Assembly (NCBI GenBank): GCA_965213685.1
Contig: CBDBZY010000051.1
Coordinates: 64,001 to 128,000, forward strand
Length of the DNA stretch: 64,000 nt
Source of the DNA: a bacterium
GTDB lineage: Bacteria; UBA8248
Direction of reading: 5' to 3'
Within the stretch, counting starts at the first letter, position 1. Each line of letters starts with the position of its first letter. The translations under genes were made by a program, and so were the position numbers. The notes below the pieces were generated by a model. The model was not told where the DNA came from. It made no database searches and saw only the letters and a program-made list of their open reading frames with translations. Shown here piece by piece: positions 1 to 26,451 of the stretch.

Positions 1-10963
<10,963 letters not shown>

Positions 10964-11089
10964 CTCTTCAGTAGGTCTCTAAGACGGGTAGGAAATGGAG
11001 CGCCTTTTTAACACCAACGTTGCGGGTACGAAGATATCACGTGTACAGCACGTGCTTCATGATGCCGCACGCGCAGGATTTGCTGGCAT

Positions 11090-11129
11090 CATAGATAATA
11101 CACGCTAACGTTAGCGTGTATTGTCTATG
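11090..11129. mobile_element. 40-bp palindrome (CATAGA...TCTATG) flanked by a 7-9 bp direct repeat; probable minimal MITE or transposon remnant
   Basis: CATAGATAATACACGCTAAC/GTTAGCGTGTATTGTCTATG with one mismatch. CTGGCAT duplicated at 11083-11089 and 11130-11136. Confidence 0.55.
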
Positions 11130-11517
11130 CTGGCATAAAGCAAACTCTAAGAGGTGCTACATTGTAACAACCAAGCAAAATCTTTTCTGGATGTATGTTT
11201 GAGATGGTATAGTTAAGAAAGTTTCAAAGTCCAGAAGTGTTTATTTGCAGCGGTTGCTCTTATGAGAGAGCAAGCATGAAAGTTCATAAAAAGGAGAATG
11301 ATACAATCTATCTATGATACAACATGTTTAGCAAGTATAGATAGGACATATTCTGGGAATGCAGTCCCGAGCAATGGGATCAAGAAGCACCACAAGCGCA
11401 GTCGTGAGTTGAGGTAAACATGCACACACTTCCGGGGCGTGTCGGGGGTGTGAGGCATGTGACCGAGCTGACCTTCTGACCGAGCTGCCTCGACTCTCTC
11501 CAGTGTGTGCTGCCGCC

Positions 11518-13128
11518 ATGGGAGAGAAGGCTGGGTCAGTGTGTGCTGCCGCCATGGGAGAGAAGGCTGGGTCAGATCACCCGCTGTACGTGCAGACGCC
11601 GCTTCTCAGGAGCAAAAAGCTGTCGGAGAGAGTGGGAGCCAACGTGTGGCTGAAGATGGAGACGGTGCAGACCTCCGGCAGCTTCAAGACCAGGGGACTC
11701 AGCAACTTCGCAAAGAAGGTGGGCGAGCCAGCGCGCTGCATGTGAGGCTCGAGTTTGTCATGCATAGCAATACCCTCCTCGTCACCACAGGCTGTGGAGC
11801 GAGGGTGTACTCAGTTTGCGAGCTCATCAGGTACCGTACACGCAACTCCTCCGCTGATACGTGCATGTTTGCAATGTTTCTCTCTGTCTCCTCTCCTCCC
11901 TGCAGGCGGCAATGCTGGCCTCGCTGCTGCATACATTGCTCACGAGCTGGGCCTGCCCATCACCGTTGTGGTGCCACAGACCACACCCTCCTTCATAGTG
12001 GAGAAGCTGAGGGAAGAGGGAGCCACAGTGGAGGTGGTGGGGAAGGTGAGGAGGAGGTGGGGAAGGTGAGGAGGAGGCCACACAGGCAGTGGTATTGAAA
12101 CAATGCATGGAGGAAGGGCAGTGATTGCATTGGCTGCCGACACATGAGAGGCCCTCGTGACTGTCATCTGCCCTACAGGTATGGGATGAAGCCAACCAGA
12201 GGGCGCTGCAAATAGCCACCAGACCAGGTCAGTGACCCATACCTGCCCTCTGCACTGACCCTCCCCCACTAACTCACCTGACCTTGCACCTTCCACCATA
12301 GGATGCGAACTACTGCACCCATTTGACCACCCTGACATCTGGTGAGGATAGTTTGCTTGTCCTGACCTGTGAACTCTGTCCCCTCATCTGCCCTCTCCCC
12401 TGCCAGGGAGGGGCACTCCACCATAGTGGAGGAGATCAGGAGCCAGCTGCGGGGCATCACGCCCGACCTGGTGGTGGTGTCGGTTGGGGGAGGAGGGCTC
12501 ATGAATGGAGTGCTGCAGGGCATGCATGGCGTGGGCTGGGAGGGGGTTCCCCTACTGGCCATGGAGACGGAGGGAGCTCACAGCTTCTATGCATGTGCCC
12601 AGGCCAACGAATGGGTGGAGCTTGATGACATCACTAGGTATGTGGTAGCCACTAGTACACTGCTCATGGCCTCCCCTCCTAACTCGACCCTCCCCTCCCA
12701 TGCCCTCAGTGTTGCACGCTGTCTGGGAGCCAAGAGGGTGTGCAAGAGGTCATTTGAGTGGCTGTCCCAACACCCTATCATCCCACACAAGATCTCTGAC
12801 AGAGAGGCCGTTGCTGCCTGCATCAAGCTGGCAGGTCAGCCTTGCTGGTTCATCAGTGCTTTGTCACTGAGGGCACTGAGGTGCTGCAGTGTCCACACTG
12901 CGTTCCAGTATTGAGTTGACTATTCTCACCTCCTCAGATGACCACCGTGTGCTGATTCCTCCTGCCTGCGGAGCTGCAGTGGCTGCAATCTACTCCACAA
13001 CTCTTCAGGAGCTGCAGGAAGCGGGCCACCTGTCACGCCCCCTCTCACACATTGTGGTGATAGTGTGTGGCGGCAGTGGAGTGAACCTGGACACCATCCA
13101 GCAGTGGAAGGGAACCTACAACCTGTAG
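11518..13128 (+). CDS. SDS: L-serine/threonine dehydratase (PLP-dependent), multi-exon
   Basis: WLKMETVQTSGSFKTRG (PLP lysine motif), SSGGNAG, VVSVGGGGL, HPFDHPDIW, VIVCGGS. SDS versus SDSL orthology is not resolvable. Confidence 0.9.
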
Positions 13129-13358
13129 CCCCACCCCCCAGCCCTCACTCCTCAGAATAATTGCTGTATATATCATTTTTTCTGCATCTCATATCCATCA
13201 CCATACATAGCTACTGCTATTTATCATCCAGTGATTCATTACGTGACATGTAATTAAGGGTCATGTGAAGAGGCCACAGGCCTAGGCTGGTATAACAGTC
13301 ACAAGTACACACACACATCAGGACAAAGTAGTGGTAAAAATGTGAATATTTATAGTTC

Positions 13359-14479
<1,121 letters not shown>

Positions 14480-14586
14480 GGCCTCTCTCCGCCCTGCTGG
14501 CCCGTTGCACAACCTCCCTGCAGCGCAGAAAGGGTTACTTCACGAGCACATGTTTAAGGTTAAAGGTCGGTGCTGAGTCCGCTATC

Positions 14587-16868
<2,282 letters not shown>

Positions 16869-17064
16869 CAGCAGCAACAGCACTAGCCTTCGTGTGTGTG
16901 TGTGTGTGTGTGTGTGTGGACCTGTTGACTGTTGGCCTACAATCACCACATCTTACCAGTATGCATATTATGTACAATCATGTAATTCATTAAGTTATTG
17001 GAACTTCACGGTCACTGATTTCATGTATACAAACATAAGGAATATCTGATATGGTCATGAGGTG

Positions 17065-20000
17065 TCATGAGATGATGTCGTATGGCAGCTTCAGGTCCAG
17101 GTGGTGGAGGGAGCGTGATGGCTCATCGTAGCCGCTGGAGCACACAGAGGGGAGCATCCGGGTGTAGTAGAGCGGGTCCACTGTGAAGTCCATGACCCGC
17201 AGCAGGCCACGCTGCCGGCGAGACAGCTCCGCTGGGGACAGCTGCAGCCTCCTCTCAGGAATGTGGGCAGCCACCAGGTAGCGGCTATCAAACCAGCAGC
17301 CAGCCACCGGGTGCCGCTCATGAGTGCTCCAGAGCTCACCTGCCATCCTCTGGTCCCACACTATCACCATGCCATCCTTCCTGTGAGGAGTGGGAGCAGC
17401 CCAACACATCAGTGGCACTGTCACCAAATGCTACATGCCTCCACCTCATCACACCGCACACCCAACTGAGGTGACATGCCTCCCCCTCATCACACCGCAC
17501 ACCAACTGAGGTGACATGCCTCCCCCTCATCACACCGCACACCAACTGAGGTGACATGCCTCCCCCTCATCACACCGCACACCCAACTGAGGTGACATGC
17601 CTCCCCCTCATCACACCGCACACCCAACTGAGGTGACATGCCTCCCCCTCATCACACCGCACACCCAACTGAGGTGACATTCCTCCCCCTCATCACACCG
17701 CACACCAACTGAGGTGACATGCCTCCCCCTCATCACACCGCACACCCAACTGAGGTGACATGCCTCCCCCTCATCACACCGCACACCAACTGAGGTGACA
17801 TACCTCCCCCTCATCACACCGCACACCAACTGAGGTGACATGCCTCCCCCTCATCACACCGCACACCAACTGAGGTGACATTCCTCCCCCTCATCACACC
17901 GCACACCAACTGAGGTGACATACCTCCCCCTCATCACACCGCACACCAACTGAGGTGACATTCCTGAGTGCGAACTGAATTGAGACAAGCAGTGCATGCT
18001 AACTGAACATGAAAAGCCTCCTCACCCTTTTCTCATCACACACCTCTCATCACACACTGCACACCTCCCCACCCTCCTCTCATCACACACTGCACACCTC
18101 CCCACCCTCCTCTCATCACACACTGCACACCAGAGGCTGCATGATAGCTGGTTCACTCCACACTGTGAAGTGAAGATGAACTGTGTGTGCTAACTAGGAA
18201 CTAAAACAGCATGATGCTATGAAACCTCATACTCCACCCATCACACTGCACACCTCCTCACCCTCCACTGACCACCCTCCACCCATCACACTGCACACCT
18301 CCTCTCCCTCCACTGACCACCCTCCACTCATCACACTGCACACCTCCTCACCCTCCACTGACCATCTTCCACCCATCACACTGCACACATCCTCTCCCTC
18401 CACTGACCACCCTCCACTCATCACACTGCACACCTCCTCACCCTCCACTGACCATCCTCCACCCATCACACTGCACACCTCCTCACCCTCCACTGACCAC
18501 CCTCCACTTATCACACTGCACGCTGATGACAGTGCCACTGTGTCCACGCAGAGTGAGGCTGGGCTGGCTGCAGCGACAGTCAAACACACGCACCCTGCAA
18601 CAAGTGCACACACACACACACACACACACAGAGTGAATGGACATGTTGGGGCACCTAATGCCACTATCCTACACGCACAGTTAGGTATACAGTGGTTGGG
18701 GCATCTGGCAAAACACTAGCATTAAGAAGGCAAGTGTGACAATACATATTCCAGTACAGCCTGCTGGGCAGGTGTGGCTGCCATACCGTCTGTCTGCAGA
18801 GCCAGAGACAAGCATGTTGGCTGGACTGGAGTGGATATTGAGGGCAGTGACTGGCTGGCCGTGGCCCCGCAGGCTGGCCTGGTGGGCCCCCGTCTGCAGG
18901 TCATACAACTGAATCTGGTGGGAGGAGGAAGAGAGGGGGAGAGTCTGCAAGCAATCTTCTTGCTCGTAGCTGCTGGCATACATGGTAGCCCCAGGCACTG
19001 GTGCCACAGGCCACACTGTGGGGGGTGTGGTCAAACTGGTTGATGACTGTACTTCCTGCTGTGCCAGCAGACGTCAGTATGTGTGTGGGTGGTGAGGGGT
19101 GTTGGTGGAGGGTGAGGGTGGTTTGGGTGGAGTAGAGGAGTGGGAAGGGTGAGGAGGAGGACGGTGGGAGGAGGGCCAACTGGTTGATCTGCTGACAGGA
19201 TGAACATATCCATGAGAGGACAAAGGTCAGGTTTGCTGCACTCACTATGGAGGAGCCATGGCCCTGAGGGGGCTGGAGAGTGACCGTCTCCCAGCCCCCG
19301 CCCCTGTGGCAGCTCAGCACAGTGACATCACTGTACCAGAGAGGGGCAGCCACTCCTGAGGCAGGGAGAGGAGGGAGAGGGATGGAGAGGAGGGAGGGAG
19401 GGAGGGAGGGAGGGAGAGGAGGGAGGGAGGGAGAGGAGGGAGAGGGATGGAGAGGAGGGAGGGAGGGAGAGGGAGGGAGAGGGACGGAGAGGAGGGAGGG
19501 AGGGAGGGAGAGGGAGGGAGAGGGAGGGAGGGAGGGAGGGAGGGAGAGGAGGGAGAGGAGGGAGGGAGGGAGACAAGACACCCTGGGCATAACAGAGGAA
19601 GAGGGAGTAAGAGATGAAGACCAGGAGAAGTAAGGGAGGGAGGGAGTGCCCTACCAGGCTGGTAGAGCTGGCGGTTGGAAGCTGCAGCAATAGTCACACA
19701 GTCCTCCCTCCATTGGAGGTCCATGCATGCCATGTGAGCCAGGCCCGGCAGCTGGTGGGCCACTGAGCCAGTGCTGCAGTCATACAGTTCTAGTGTTCCT
19801 GTGGGGGGAGTGGGTGGTGGTGGGTGTGGTCACAAGCCCTCCTGCCCGGCATGCATACCTTGTTCACTGGCCACGGCAGCCCAACCTTGTCTCACTTTAC
19901 ACAAGATGGGTGTGGCCATATGGGTGTGGCCTCTCTGGCAGTTCACTGGACCATCCTCACTAGCCAGGCTCCACAGAAACACTGCACCAGAGGAGTAACT

Positions 20001-21243
20001 ATACAGCATGGGGAGAGGGGGAGAGGGGGAGAGGGGGAGAGGGGGAGAGGGGGAGAAGGGGAGAAGGGGAGAAGGGGAGAGGGGGAGGCAGAGAGGGAGA
20101 GAGTGTGAGAATAGGATGAGAGCTCAGTGTATGTGCACATGTGAGGCTGACCAGGCCAGCAGCTGCTGGTAGAGGGGGCAGTAGTCGACACACAGCAGCA
20201 CTCCCTCTGCCTCCGGCTGGTGCTCGCTCAGACCACAGATACGCTCCTGGAGAGGAGGTGGGCTGCAGTGAGGGTGAGGGTGGGGGGAGGGGCTAGCCAC
20301 AGCACCTTCCAGTTCCTCAGCTCCTTCTTCTTCCTCAGAACAATCTCCTTCACAACTGCCTTCCAGACAATGTGGCCATGGACACTGCACACCAGCACAC
20401 AACCCCACATCACTACCACCTCTCACCACTCCCACACACCCCTCACCACTCCCACATATCACCTCTCACCACTCCCACACCCCTCACCACTCCCACATAT
20501 CACCTCTCACCACTCACACACACCCCTCACCACTCACACATATCACCTCTCACCACTCACACACATGAACCCACTCACTCCACATTTGTCTCATAACCCA
20601 TTCTGTGGCAGACTTGACACCACAAGATGTTGTCTTCAGCCAGGGACAGCCAGCTGCGGCTCACCTGGGAAGGCAGTGAGTGGGTCAGAACTAAGGGACA
20701 GAGCAAGCCCCCATCCGCCACGTGCATACCCGTGCACAGGAGCAGATGTCGGCCGGGGAGAGGTAGCTGAAGATGACCAGTGCCACTTCCCTCGGGAGCT
20801 GCACCTCAAAGAACGGGATGGTGTTGATTTCATCCTGCCGGGGAGGGCAAGAGGTCAACTCAGTGACAGCTGCAGGAGGCCACCTCCTCTAGTGGGGGCC
20901 TGACCAGGTCGGCAATGAGGGTGTCCAGCAGGCCACTGCCAGAGCCCCGCCTGCTGCTCCCCTCTCCCTCTGCTGGAGGTGGTGGCTCCTCCTCCTCCTT
21001 CCTCCTCCCTGCTGGCAACACCAGCAGGGGGGATGGCTCTCGGGGAGCCAGCCGCTTCCCTACAGGCTCCTCCTCCGTCTCATCACCTCTCCCCCCATCA
21101 CCTGCTCTGTGGGATGGATGGTGCTCGCCTCTCTTCCCCAGCACCCCCTCCCTGGGTCTGGACCCAGACACGAGCAGTTCCCTCCTCCACTCAGTAAAAA
21201 ACTGATCTAGTGCAGCCTGCGGACACTCCTCTTCCTCATCCAT
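17065..21243 (-). CDS. FBXW8: F-box/WD40 repeat protein, FBXW8-like, multi-exon
   Basis: N-terminal LDQFFTEWRRELL; LLDTLIADLDEINTIPFFEVQLPREVALVIFSYL F-box; WD40 exons (LRGHGQPVTAL, LRGHSGTV); C-terminal HHLDLKLPYD. All resemble FBXW8. Confidence 0.82.
17431..17964. repeat. Intronic minisatellite, 35-36 bp unit, about 15 copies
   Basis: Unit AACTGAGGTGACATGCCTCCCCCTCATCACACCGCACACC(C) in direct tandem with no spacers. Confidence 0.95.
18232..18521. repeat. 45-bp minisatellite (about 6.5 copies) built from an FBXW8 exon end plus its splice donor
   Basis: Unit CCACCCATCACACTGCACACCTCCTCACCCTCCACTGACCACCCT. The rightmost copy encodes VQCDKWRVVSGG on the minus strand. Confidence 0.9.
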
Positions 21244-21290
21244 AATCAAGCGGTCAAAGGTCAACTTATTCGTTCACCGTGCCGTGCACC

Positions 21291-21542
21291 ATGAACGCTG
21301 AGGAGCGCGCTGTGCTGAGCAGCTTCCGCGAGTACGCGACGGTCTACAACGAACTGACGGAGACGTGCTTTTCTAACTGCGTGCACGACCTGGGGCAGCG
21401 CCGCCTGAACGAAGAGGAGTCGACCTGCGCAGATCTGTGTGCAGCCAAGCTTATCCAGGCAACCAACCGCATGGTGTGGCGCATTGCGGAACAGAACCCT
21501 CTGGGGGGCAGGATGGGTCAGCCGCCTCCCACTGCCAGGTAG
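21291..21542 (+). CDS. TIMM10B: Mitochondrial small Tim chaperone (Tim9/Tim10B family), intronless
   Basis: YNELTETCFSNC...EESTCADLCAAKLI twin CX3C motif. The C-terminal half is closer to TIMM10B than to TIMM9. Confidence 0.78.
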   Translation: MNAEERAVLSSFREYATVYNELTETCFSNCVHDLGQRRLNEEESTCADLCAAKLIQATNRMVWRIAEQNPLGGRMGQPPPTAR

Positions 21543-21715
21543 CAGCCGAACTGGTGTGATGCCTCGCGACCGCACCTGGCTCTCCGCTAGCTGAGAACCG
21601 AGACACTGATATGGGCCTAGGTGTGTAGCGTTTGTTTGCTCATAACTATGTACCTGCGGTGGCAGTATGTTAAATATTTACGTGAGAGAAGGGTTAATCT
21701 GTCTGCGGTCGAGGC

Positions 21716-22159
21716 ATGGCACAATCTGCTACGGCCAGTAGTGTTCCTTCCACAGGACAGAAAATTGGGGCGACCGGGGAGAGCAAGCCGGCAGAGACAA
21801 AGGGAAAGCCTACCGGTAAGCTTGATAGATTGTGGGAATTCCAGTAGACCGGTGACTTGCTGTAGGTTCAGCCGGGGTGCTGGTGGCCCCGCCCCCTCCC
21901 AAAGAGGCCAACCTCCAGACCCACTATGAGGAACTGCTGAGAGTGATAGCAGAAGTGGGCAAGGACATCAAGCCAGCCTACACCAACAACAAGGTGTCCG
22001 CTGACAGGCTGAAGCGAAGTGAGAAAGCTTGCTTAGTAAGGCTACATGTTTCACCACGTCACACTTTACCTCCCAACAGACATAGCAGTTGCCAGAGGAG
22101 TGCTCAGAGACTGCCTGAATGACATTGAGAAGCTGCATCAACTTCATGCTGATAAATAG
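21716..22159 (+). CDS. CDK2-associated protein (CDK2AP1/2, DOC-1 family), 3 exons
   Basis: Spliced product ends HYEELLRVIAEVGKDIKPAYTNNKVSADRLKRNIAVARGVLRDCL, matching the CDK2AP domain pattern. Confidence 0.85.
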
Positions 22160-22385
22160 CCACACATCATACCACGTGCATAGCTCATTCCACAGATCAT
22201 TTTGCAGTATCATAACAGCATCCATAAATGCCACAAACCCAATTAACTGAATGGCATAATTGTCAAAAAAATTTGAACTGTGCTCAAGCAGTGAAATGCA
22301 CAATCACACTGCCTTGTTTCTAGTGTTGTGTAACAATCAAGTAATAATTAATTACTTTCTAAAACGGGGACAATAGTACAGCTGA

Positions 22386-24527
22386 CTAAGAGCTGGGATC
22401 AGAGCCAGCATCCTTCTTAGCAGACTTCTCTGTGGTGTGTGACTCTTCCTTCGGCTGCTCCTTGGCAGCGTTAGCCTTGGGATCCACCAGCTGAAATGTG
22501 TCGAAGTAAACCACAATCACAGTCATGTTGTCTCCAGAGCCCTCTCTCCGTGCTGCGTCGACGATGCCCCGAGCCAGGTTCTGCTTGGTGCCTCCCTGCG
22601 TGAGGTGCCGGTACACCTCCTCTGCCATCTCCTTGTTGTCCAGCACGTCCCACACACCATCACAAGCAACCACCAGATAGTCTTCGGTGCCGTCCAATTT
22701 CACTGAGCGCTAGAAAGGGAACAGAAAGGCAGTGAAGGGAGGGTAGGATGTGAAGCTGACACATTCTGATAGCTCACCACTTCAGCCTCTGCTGTTATGA
22801 ACTTCTTGTCTGCTCCATCCCCAATGGAGCGGGAGACAGACAGGTTACCATTGACCCGCCACGCCCCCAGCCAGATGACCAGGCCCCCCAGTGCCTCGAT
22901 CCTCTTCCTCTCATCCTGAGGAGGGGAGGGCAACAGCACAGGGGTCAGGGGTCAACACAGGCCTCTCTCTGAAGATAGCACATCACTGTGCTGCTAGCTA
23001 CCTCTCTGTCAGGCTTGTGGGGGTCGACCAGCTGAATCCCCTCGCCCTTGCGGAACAGCATGGCCTGAGAGTCCCCCACCCACGCCACGTGAATCATGTC
23101 CTCCCTCAGCAGAGCCATCACGGCAGTGGTGCCAGCCTTCTGATCCTGGGGGGGGAGAGAAGGAAGGCAAAGAAGTGTCAATGGCTCTGTAAGAAGGTAC
23201 ATCTCCATCACTCACCATCTGGCAGAATCGCTTGTCAGTGAGGTCAATAGCTCCCCTCAGGGCACTCTCAGGGTTGGTACGGAAGTCAGGGTGGTGCACA
23301 AGGTTGGGGAGCACGTGAATGGACGCATACTCAGCTGCCTCCACTGAAACGTGGCCATCAAAAACACCGTAGAAAGACTGGGGTGGGTGGTCCTTGAAGG
23401 GAGAGGGGAGGAAAGGGAGGGAATGAGGGAAGGAGGGAGGACCATAGGAGGGAAATGTCCAGTGCCTTGTTTACCTTCAGGCCAAAGAGGCTGTTGATAT
23501 CGACGCAGAGAGCATGCCTGTCTTCCATCTTTCTCCGGGTGTTCTTGATAGCATGGAAACTTATCTCTATTTCTCCTGGCACCTGAGTGAGCTTTGGCAG
23601 GCCCTTCACCCACTTGGAGAACACATGTTTGATGGCAGAGAGCAAGGCAGCAGACACCAGATTCCCATCCAGCACTGGGGGGGGGGGGGGGGGGGGGAGA
23701 GTTCAGGTGAACACTAGTTAAGTGCAAGTTGACATGGACATACACTTCTGTTTTGCTGGTCCAGCTCCTCCACTTTTTCCCTCTCCTTTCCCCTCATCCT
23801 CCGGTTCCTCCTGTGCCCACAGCCCATCCAGCGGCTGAGACATTAGATACCGAACAGCATGGCAGGCAATGTGGTAGGAGAAGATTCCAGGGCAGCGTCT
23901 GGAGGAGGTGCAAAGGAGCACTTTTGTGAACTGCTTACTCATGGCTATGTAATATGCAAGTCCTTGCTGTAACACAACAGCATCGCAGCCCACTTCACCA
24001 CAGCTAGTGGATAGCAACGTGCAGGTTGGAGTCATCCCCATAGTACAGCCCATCCACCCAGCACAGCCAGCTGAGGCATTCATTTCAAAGGCCTATCACA
24101 GCCCTCCGCTTAGCAAGGGCCAGCACATGGTCAGTGGGTGATTGCCATAATGGCTGCTCTGGCAATGCACTGGGGCCTGCTACCACACCCACCCACCAAC
24201 ACGTTGCTGTCTGAACCTCTCTCTCTCCCGTGCCACCGCCATCCCTACCAGTCCCCACCACCACCGCCACCCTAGCTAGAGCCCGGCAGGGTTGCCACTG
24301 ACGACCCCTAACACCGCTCCGCGCAGACGGCTGGCGGTGGAGTGCTACGCAATCGCTCACTTTTCGCTCAGGTAGGTCCTGGCCATATGCAGACACTCTC
24401 CCTCCAGTTCCTCCTTGGTGAAACGAAGCCTTAACGGAGTAAACCGCGCTCCATCCGCCCACCTGGACAGATACTCCTGCATAAACTTAATGGCGTTGGC
24501 ATTTTGCTCCTCCGAGAACTTTTCCAT
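22386..24527 (-). CDS. PP2C-family protein phosphatase, PPM1E/PPM1F-like, multi-exon
   Basis: [60 protein letters not shown]; N-terminal EELEGECL segment typical of PPM1E/F. Confidence 0.9.
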
Positions 24528-24865
24528 GGCTGGCTGAGATGGTGAAACGAGCTGCCTCTGTCTGTCTTCCTCAATTTCAAGTGGGAAAACCGAACAATCT
24601 TTACCACACCCCTCGAGCAATTTGTAACAGATCACGTGCACTGGACATGTGACCTGACTGTATTTTCGGCCAGGTCAGCTCTACCGCTAACTCCTGAAAC
24701 GTCTTCAGAGGTGAGAGCCGTGATTTCTTTTCTAGCTGAGGGCGAGGCGCGGGCTGTGTGGCTGTCGTGGCAGCCAGTCCGCCCCCTTCAGAGCGGGAGG
24801 GAGGGGGAAGGTCTCTGGATTAGAAGTATTGCTGTACTTGTTTCCCTGCAGGGCGCTCACCAGCC

Positions 24866-25489
24866 ATGCTGTGCGGCGTGCACCACCAGGTGGCCTACTA
24901 CACGGCCATCACCATCCTCATATGTGTTGCGCTCTACTACAACCTCGTGGGGCTGGGCAGCCAGGTGGACTTTGGCTGGTTCCTACAGAACACTAGCCCG
25001 TACATGTGGGCAGGGGTGGGGGCCGGCCTGTCCGTCTCCCTCTCCATCATTGGAGCTGCCTGGGGCATTTTCCTGACTGGAGTGAGCATCATTGGAGGGG
25101 GTGTGAAGGCGCCCCGCATCAAGACCAGGAACCTCATCAGCATCATCTTCTGTGAGGCTGTGGCCATCTATGGTATCATCATGGCCATCATTCTCGTGCA
25201 GAGACTGAAGTCTGTCTCCGATGACTCGTTGTTCACCGAGTATGGTACCTATGCCAACTCGGCCACTTTCGCTGGCTACTCATTATTTGGAGCTGGTCTG
25301 ACAGTGGGGTTCACCAACATTGCCTGCGGCCTGTCTGTGGGTCTGGTTGGAAGTGGAGCTGCTCTGGCCGATGCCCAGAACCCCTCCCTGTTTGTCAAGA
25401 TCCTGATCATCGAGATCTTTGCCAGTGCCATTGGACTGTTTGGAGTGATAGTTGGAATCATTCAAGCCACTAAAGCTAGCTTTCAATAA
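24866..25489 (+). CDS. ATP6V0B: V-ATPase V0 21-kDa proteolipid subunit c''; CDS intronless, probable 5'-UTR intron 24711-24850
   Basis: [60 protein letters not shown]. Confidence 0.97.
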   Translation: MLCGVHHQVAYYTAITILICVALYYNLVGLGSQVDFGWFLQNTSPYMWAGVGAGLSVSLSIIGAAWGIFLTGVSIIGGGVKAPRIKTRNLISIIFCEAVAIYGIIMAIILVQRLKSVSDDSLFTEYGTYANSATFAGYSLFGAGLTVGFTNIACGLSVGLVGSGAALADAQNPSLFVKILIIEIFASAIGLFGVIVGIIQATKASFQ

Positions 25490-25716
25490 CTTCAATAGGA
25501 GATGTTCATACCATTGTCTTGTGTGTAGTTCTGCATTGTCTGTTAAGGCAGTCCATTCACTGAGTGTGTTACACTGTGTTGACACTATTGAGTGGAATGT
25601 GATGAGACTATATATATATATAAATATATATTGGTGTTCACAGGTCTTAACACATGCAGTTTGAGAGTGAGAATGATCAAATAGTACTGTACAGATGATT
25701 GTGACGTGGGTGCCAG

Positions 25717-26238
25717 TCACCAGACTGGTCTGTGTGGCTCTGGCTGGGGCAGGTCAGCAAACTGCATCTCCCCCAGTGCCTCCACCACCACCCTGATCCG
25801 TGCCTTGATCTGGCTCTCCTGCCCAGTGAGCTCCTCGGCCCTCCCACTGAGGTGAGCCACTTTCTTGTCTATGAACTGCAGAGCCTCGCTGAGCGTGAAC
25901 TCCAGAAAGAAGCCAAACCCAATGGCCACAAACACATGGGAAGCATCTGGCACTCTGGCCTGTGCGTAAAAGTTACAGCCCAAGTCTATCATGGTCTTGA
26001 GGCTGGTTTGTGGCACTCCCCCTGCTATTAGCTTTTCAATCACATTCCTCAACTGAAGGTACTCAGCAATATCCGAATAGATGGCGTCCCTGCTGTCCAG
26101 GACTGACCTCAAGTCCACCTTCAGCCTCTCGTTGAGAAACGTCTCATACTCCAGCACCTTGCCCCGAACACTTCCACCATCAGCAGCCACGCCTCTTCCC
26201 CCAACTCTCCTGGATTCCCCACCTCCTGAGGTAGCCAT
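25717..26238 (-). CDS. UXT: Prefoldin-like protein UXT, intronless
   Basis: KVLEYETFLNERLKVDL, YLQLRNVIEKL, IDLGCNFYAQARVPD..HVFVAIGFGFFLEFTLSEALQFID. Confidence 0.93.
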   Translation of the reverse strand: MATSGGGESRRVGGRGVAADGGSVRGKVLEYETFLNERLKVDLRSVLDSRDAIYSDIAEYLQLRNVIEKLIAGGVPQTSLKTMIDLGCNFYAQARVPDASHVFVAIGFGFFLEFTLSEALQFIDKKVAHLSGRAEELTGQESQIKARIRVVVEALGEMQFADLPQPEPHRPVW

Positions 26239-26376
26239 GTTCCCAACACCATACGTAATATGTTCACGCGTTGGGAGGGCGGAAATGAAATCAACCCAAG
26301 GACTTCCTCCACCTTCCCAGCAGTCCACGCCTTCCGCTCTAAAGACTGCCGTGTTTTAGGGAGCGCAAGTGATAGG

Positions 26377-26384
26377 TATAAAAA
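26377..26384 (+). promoter_or_regulatory. TATA box of TGF-beta copy 1
   Basis: TATAAAAA 75 bp upstream of the ATG; an equivalent TATAAAAG lies upstream of copy 2. Confidence 0.6.
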
Positions 26385-26451
26385 GCAACGCACCTACCGA
26401 GAGGTATGAAAATTACTCTCTGAAAAGAAAACTGTCTTGGAGCTGAGGAAC

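Noticed and set aside
17431-17964. CRISPR-like array (also considered for 34699-34997)
   Set aside because: The units are contiguous with no unique spacers, there are no cas genes, and the context is a eukaryotic intron.
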